Assembly: GCF_964355755.1 (NCBI RefSeq)
Contig: NC_092678.1
Coordinates: 19,361,365 to 19,425,364 of the forward strand
Direction of reading: 5' to 3'
Length of the DNA: 64,000 bases
Origin: Antedon mediterranea
Lineage: Eukaryota; Animalia; Echinodermata
The notes under the pieces are model-generated. The model was given only the letters and a program-made list of their open reading frames with translations, was not told the DNA's origin and did not search any database. Shown in pieces: positions 60,801 through 64,000 of this stretch (positions are counted from its first letter, which is position 1; every line of letters begins with the position of its first letter). Position numbers and translations under genes: made by a program.

Positions 60801-62698
60801 CGACTGGCAAATTTAAGCATTTGTTCAGTGCCATTTTCATGTTCGTTCTCTGACGTGAGCACCAGTGGATGACGTCATAACACTGCAAAAGTTTACCAAA
60901 ATCATGGCCGAATGTAGTAAAGTGCATTTCAGTCAAATTATATTTCCAAACTGTGACTTATTGATTTGTATTGATTATTTTAAATAAAGCTTTTATTAAT
61001 ACAGATTTTGACCTGGGTCTTATCACAGCCTTCATTTAGAAAATTAAGGATCTAGGCTAGGCCTTTAGCTACACACTTAGCCTGACCTAAGCTTGTGTAC
61101 AAAGTCAAAAAGTCCCTAATATCATTGTAGTTTTAGTTATCGTGAAAAGTATGACTGTCACCGTAATTGTTACACTAGATAGGTTGGCTTACCGTCAACT
61201 CGGATCACATAATTGTTATTATTTTATAGTTCATAGGCAAATCTAATTATTTCTAACTATAAACTAATATGACATTGCAAACTCATAATTTCAAGACTTA
61301 TTTATTAGTGTTTTGACTACAAAAAGATTAGAATTTAAGGGAAAGTTACATACCATCACTTGTATAATCATTTTTGTAATCATCCTTGTTGTCATCATTA
61401 TTGTATTCAACAAAAATACAGTCATCATCATCATCTGTAGGGGGTTTCATGTCGATCTGACACATAAAATAAAAAATAATATTTGGATATACAAAAGAAA
61501 TAACTGTTGTTTATTCAAAGTTTACAATTTATAAAAACAATTAATATTATTTAATCTCAAAAGCAAAACCAAATTATTTTTTAGAATTGGATTATAAAAT
61601 GATTGAAAAAGAAAACAAAACAGCTCCTTATTACGCCTCATTGATTCATTTAAACAAGAAGCATCCTGTAAGTGACTGGTTTGCAATAGTAAAAATGTCC
61701 TGTAGGTACTAATATTGTATTCATTTTATGTTTTTATTACACTATTACTGACATACGCTTACAGTTTTCTTTGCTCTCAATTTGTCAGTGACCATTTTTG
61801 TATACTGTTTTGAAGGATTACCTGTAGAGAAAAAAGGACATACATTGATACGTAACTAAACTTTGGACAACTGTCAAACATTAATTACTGTAAACTTACA
61901 ATTAGAGTAAATCACTGTAACATAGCTTGGATGTTAAGAGATCATAGAGTAAAAATTGTAAAGCATAATGTAGGCCCTATGGGAAAATATGTGTTGACAC
62001 CATTCTTCGGTTGTATGCATTTATTGAATTCCATTCCATGTCTCCATTTCATTGTGGGCTTGTTTGTGTCTATGATAATGAGATAAATGATAAATACTGT
62101 TACATAGCCTATGATGATGGGAAGAGTTATATGCTAATTTTTATTTATGTTTACCACTATCAGCTTTAGCCTCTTTCCATGTTGTGCTTACAGTCCTAAT
62201 CACGGCAATGCCATCTGTAACTTTATGTTCTTCCTCAAATCTGAGATATATATAATAATTTGAAACCAACAATGAATGTCATTCATTTTTAGTACTGTAA
62301 AATTCAATTTTTTCCTTTTTAATTAAAGATACCGGTAGTAGTTAAAAACCATTTTAATAGTCTTAATATTCATGAATTATACATTTAAATCAGTTATTTA
62401 GTCAACAATTTGAATCTTTCTTTAAAATACAAACTTAAAATTGAATTCTATTATCTATAGACAATTTGATGTCATTATAATTAGGTAGTACGTGCATGAA
62501 TTTTGTAATGTCCATTTTACTGTCCAACTAGTACTTACATCTTTCCTAGACAAGCATTGATGAGGCATGTTTTACCCACTCCTTCCTGTCCCACCACCTT
62601 AAGCATTCCAAGATTAACTTTGACGGATCCGCCTTTCAAAGCTTCATTGTATGCATCCTGAAATTCTAATTCACGAGCAGCAATATCAGATGAAATAT
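48882..62698 (-). CDS. ROCO-family protein: ROC GTPase + COR + C-terminal tandem death-effector-like domains; 5' end not in window
   Basis: In-frame exons: 62539-62698, 62155-62240, ~61757-61821, 61635-61665, 61354-61434, 60440-60597, 56033-56122, 55661-55840, 55288-55539, 54473-54667, 52265-52459, 51720-52022, 51556-51627, 50336-50552, 49958-49984, 49246-49794, 49068-49112, 48882-48889 (..DL*). P-loop GQEGVGKT, switch II NIWDHGGQLIYHGIH, ALYIVVFDL, IVGTHKG, COR-like VPLKWMRF and LLNFLYDLGEIVY..VLDP. The small exons at 61354-61821 are less certain. Confidence 0.85.
50720..51400 (+). mobile_element. Degenerate Penelope-like retroelement fragment (RT + GIY-YIG remnants)
   Basis: Frameshifted TTYFTF..FGAAMGRPVSSIVANLYLEFLEQKA..LWKRFV followed by YEIPCTN*DHIYI. 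Confidence 0.65.
52597..53930 (-). mobile_element. 5'-truncated, frameshifted non-LTR retrotransposon (RT C-terminal part)
   Basis: YKYLG.., WKGIGIPSITYACSIW, ALYGELGWPSI, Cys/His motif (ETVYHFVFEC), and a short (TTCAG)n tail at ~52597-52613. Confidence 0.7.
56385..56940 (-). mobile_element. tRNA-derived SINE with Meta-like core, interrupted by a nested insertion
   Basis: A box tggccgagcggttaag, B box gggttcgag, core ggataaggactataaac..taaagaacc..gagtaggggttaccccgg, A-rich tail. Insert at 56685-56896. Confidence 0.6.
57048..60376. mobile_element. 3.3-kb non-autonomous TIR element in a ROCO intron
   Basis: TIRs GGAGC(C/G)TGCCCAAATGTTTTTACTCCGTT (28 of 29 match) at 57048 and ending at 60376. 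No transposase ORF; TSD not resolved. Confidence 0.7.
57790..59090. repeat. 81/87-bp tandem array, each unit carrying a GTCCGTTA-N10-TAACGGAC hairpin
   Basis: Anchor tcaatactatcg at 57842, 57929, 58010, 58097, 58184, 58265, 58352 (spacings 87,81,87,87,81,87); more degenerate to the right. Confidence 0.9.
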
Positions 62699-62795
62699 CT
62701 GAAAATTGAATTAAGATTTTAAAACGTTTTAAGTAAAGTAAGTTCAATCAAGCATACCAAATAAATCTACAAAAGATCCATTTAATTATTAAAGC

Positions 62796-64000
62796 CAGAC
62801 CTTGATTTATAAATATAAGAGGAGAGCTCCTAATGGCTCTCCTCAATATGTTGAGGAGAGCCATTATTTTGATTAAGTATCCGAGGCACAGGCCCACCAT
62901 GGTTGGGCCTGTGGCGAGCCAAATTTTGATAATTGACACCTCTAGATGGCCGGAAATGGTACTCTCGCACGTAAAATTCATCGTAGGTCATTTATTCTCT
63001 GAACGTAGTCCAACGATGTATTGTTATAATTATCTACGCGTTGATCGTAGGGTGGTTCGTAGGGTTAGTAAACACCATTGTCATCGCCTTTAGAAGCATG
63101 GACAATGCAAACAAACAATGTATTGTTTGCTAATTAAAATCCTATCTAAAGATAGTAGACGTCAATTTTTGTAGCCACCCTAGCTAGGCCTACGCATCGG
63201 TATCCTAATTTGGACGGAAATCCGCCGACGAGACGACATCGGGTCCGTGGACCTCAGCTCACGCAGAGAGAGAGTCGAGGCTATCTAGTCTAGTTTCGGC
63301 GGCCTACACTATAAATTATTTAATCCTACCTTGGGTTAGCGAATTATAAAAACAACGACACCTAGCCTAGGCTAGGACACCAACAAAATATATGCAAAAT
63401 AAAAATATATTCCATATTAATTACTATAAGATTTAACGTAAAGGCTTAAGCCTTTTAAAATGATTACGACATGTGTATAAGAAAAGGCCCGACCAGAATT
63501 TGGAGGGGAAAACATGTGAGCAGTATCAGAGAGTATTATGTTTCATGTCATGTGACACAAAATCCAGGTACAAGATCTTACGGTAATTACTGTTTATCGT
63601 CGGAAGCCACCCTCTCGTACTGAGTTTTAAAAAAACATGTGAGATGTTGCGGTAAAGCAGAGAGTATCGCGTTTCATGCCATGTGACCAAAAAAACTAGG
63701 TCTGTATAATTACGGTCTTCAGTCGGCAGTCTTTTTGAGCGACCGATTGAACGTTCTGATACTATATTTAGAATGAATTGTTTACGATATTTTTCTTGCA
63801 ACATCAAAGATTGTAGGCGCGCCTAGCCTATCTTGGGTAGCCATAACAAAGATCGTTGTATTCGGGGTTAATATTCTTATCATTATATATATTTTTATGA
63901 CGCACTGTAACAGGTTGGGGAGCGCTATTTTAGGCGCTCCTTTGATCGTTTTCAGGAGCGCCAAGGGGCGTCAGCGCCATGGCGCTCCTTTTAAATCAAG
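62796..64000. mobile_element. Probable ~1.2-kb non-autonomous DNA transposon (hAT-like), right end just beyond window
   Basis: Left end CAGACCTTGATTTA(T)AA; the window ends with the complementary ttttaaatcaag. Both ends have subterminal palindromes (atggctctcctc..gaggagagccat; ggagcgcc/ggcgctcc). Confidence 0.5.

Noticed and set aside
63321-63345. Upstream ROCO exon ending at a CAAG/GTAGG donor
   Set aside because: It lies within the probable 62796-64000 transposon and has no supported coding frame or start. The true upstream exons are probably beyond the window.

Overview
AT-rich, intron-rich animal genomic DNA. An invertebrate deuterostome, probably an echinoderm, is inferred from gene and repeat content; it is not prokaryotic. 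Manual splicing gives five minus-strand genes, most of them poorly shown by the ORF track. (1) An apparently intact, intron-containing Ginger1/GIN-type DDE integrase fused to an OTU deubiquitinase domain, running off the left edge (1-5596), with a probable solo LTR about 225 bp upstream. (2) An uncharacterised 222-aa protein (11616-12986). (3) An 11-exon TMEM116-like 7TM protein (15856-20592). (4) A 27-exon TUBGCP6 (23089-38331). (5) A ROCO-family ROC-COR GTPase with C-terminal tandem DED-like domains (48882->62698; 5' end probably outside the window). An 8.6-kb, 93-bp satellite with higher-order structure starts about 140 bp after the ROCO stop codon. Introns and intergenic DNA hold many MITEs, SINEs, LINE/Penelope fragments, a foldback element, a 3.3-kb TIR element with a hairpin array, and two micro-hairpins with 7-bp duplications that resemble P-element excision footprints. 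All gene models are hand-built from GT-AG sites and frame continuity. Family names come from motif recall, not database searches.
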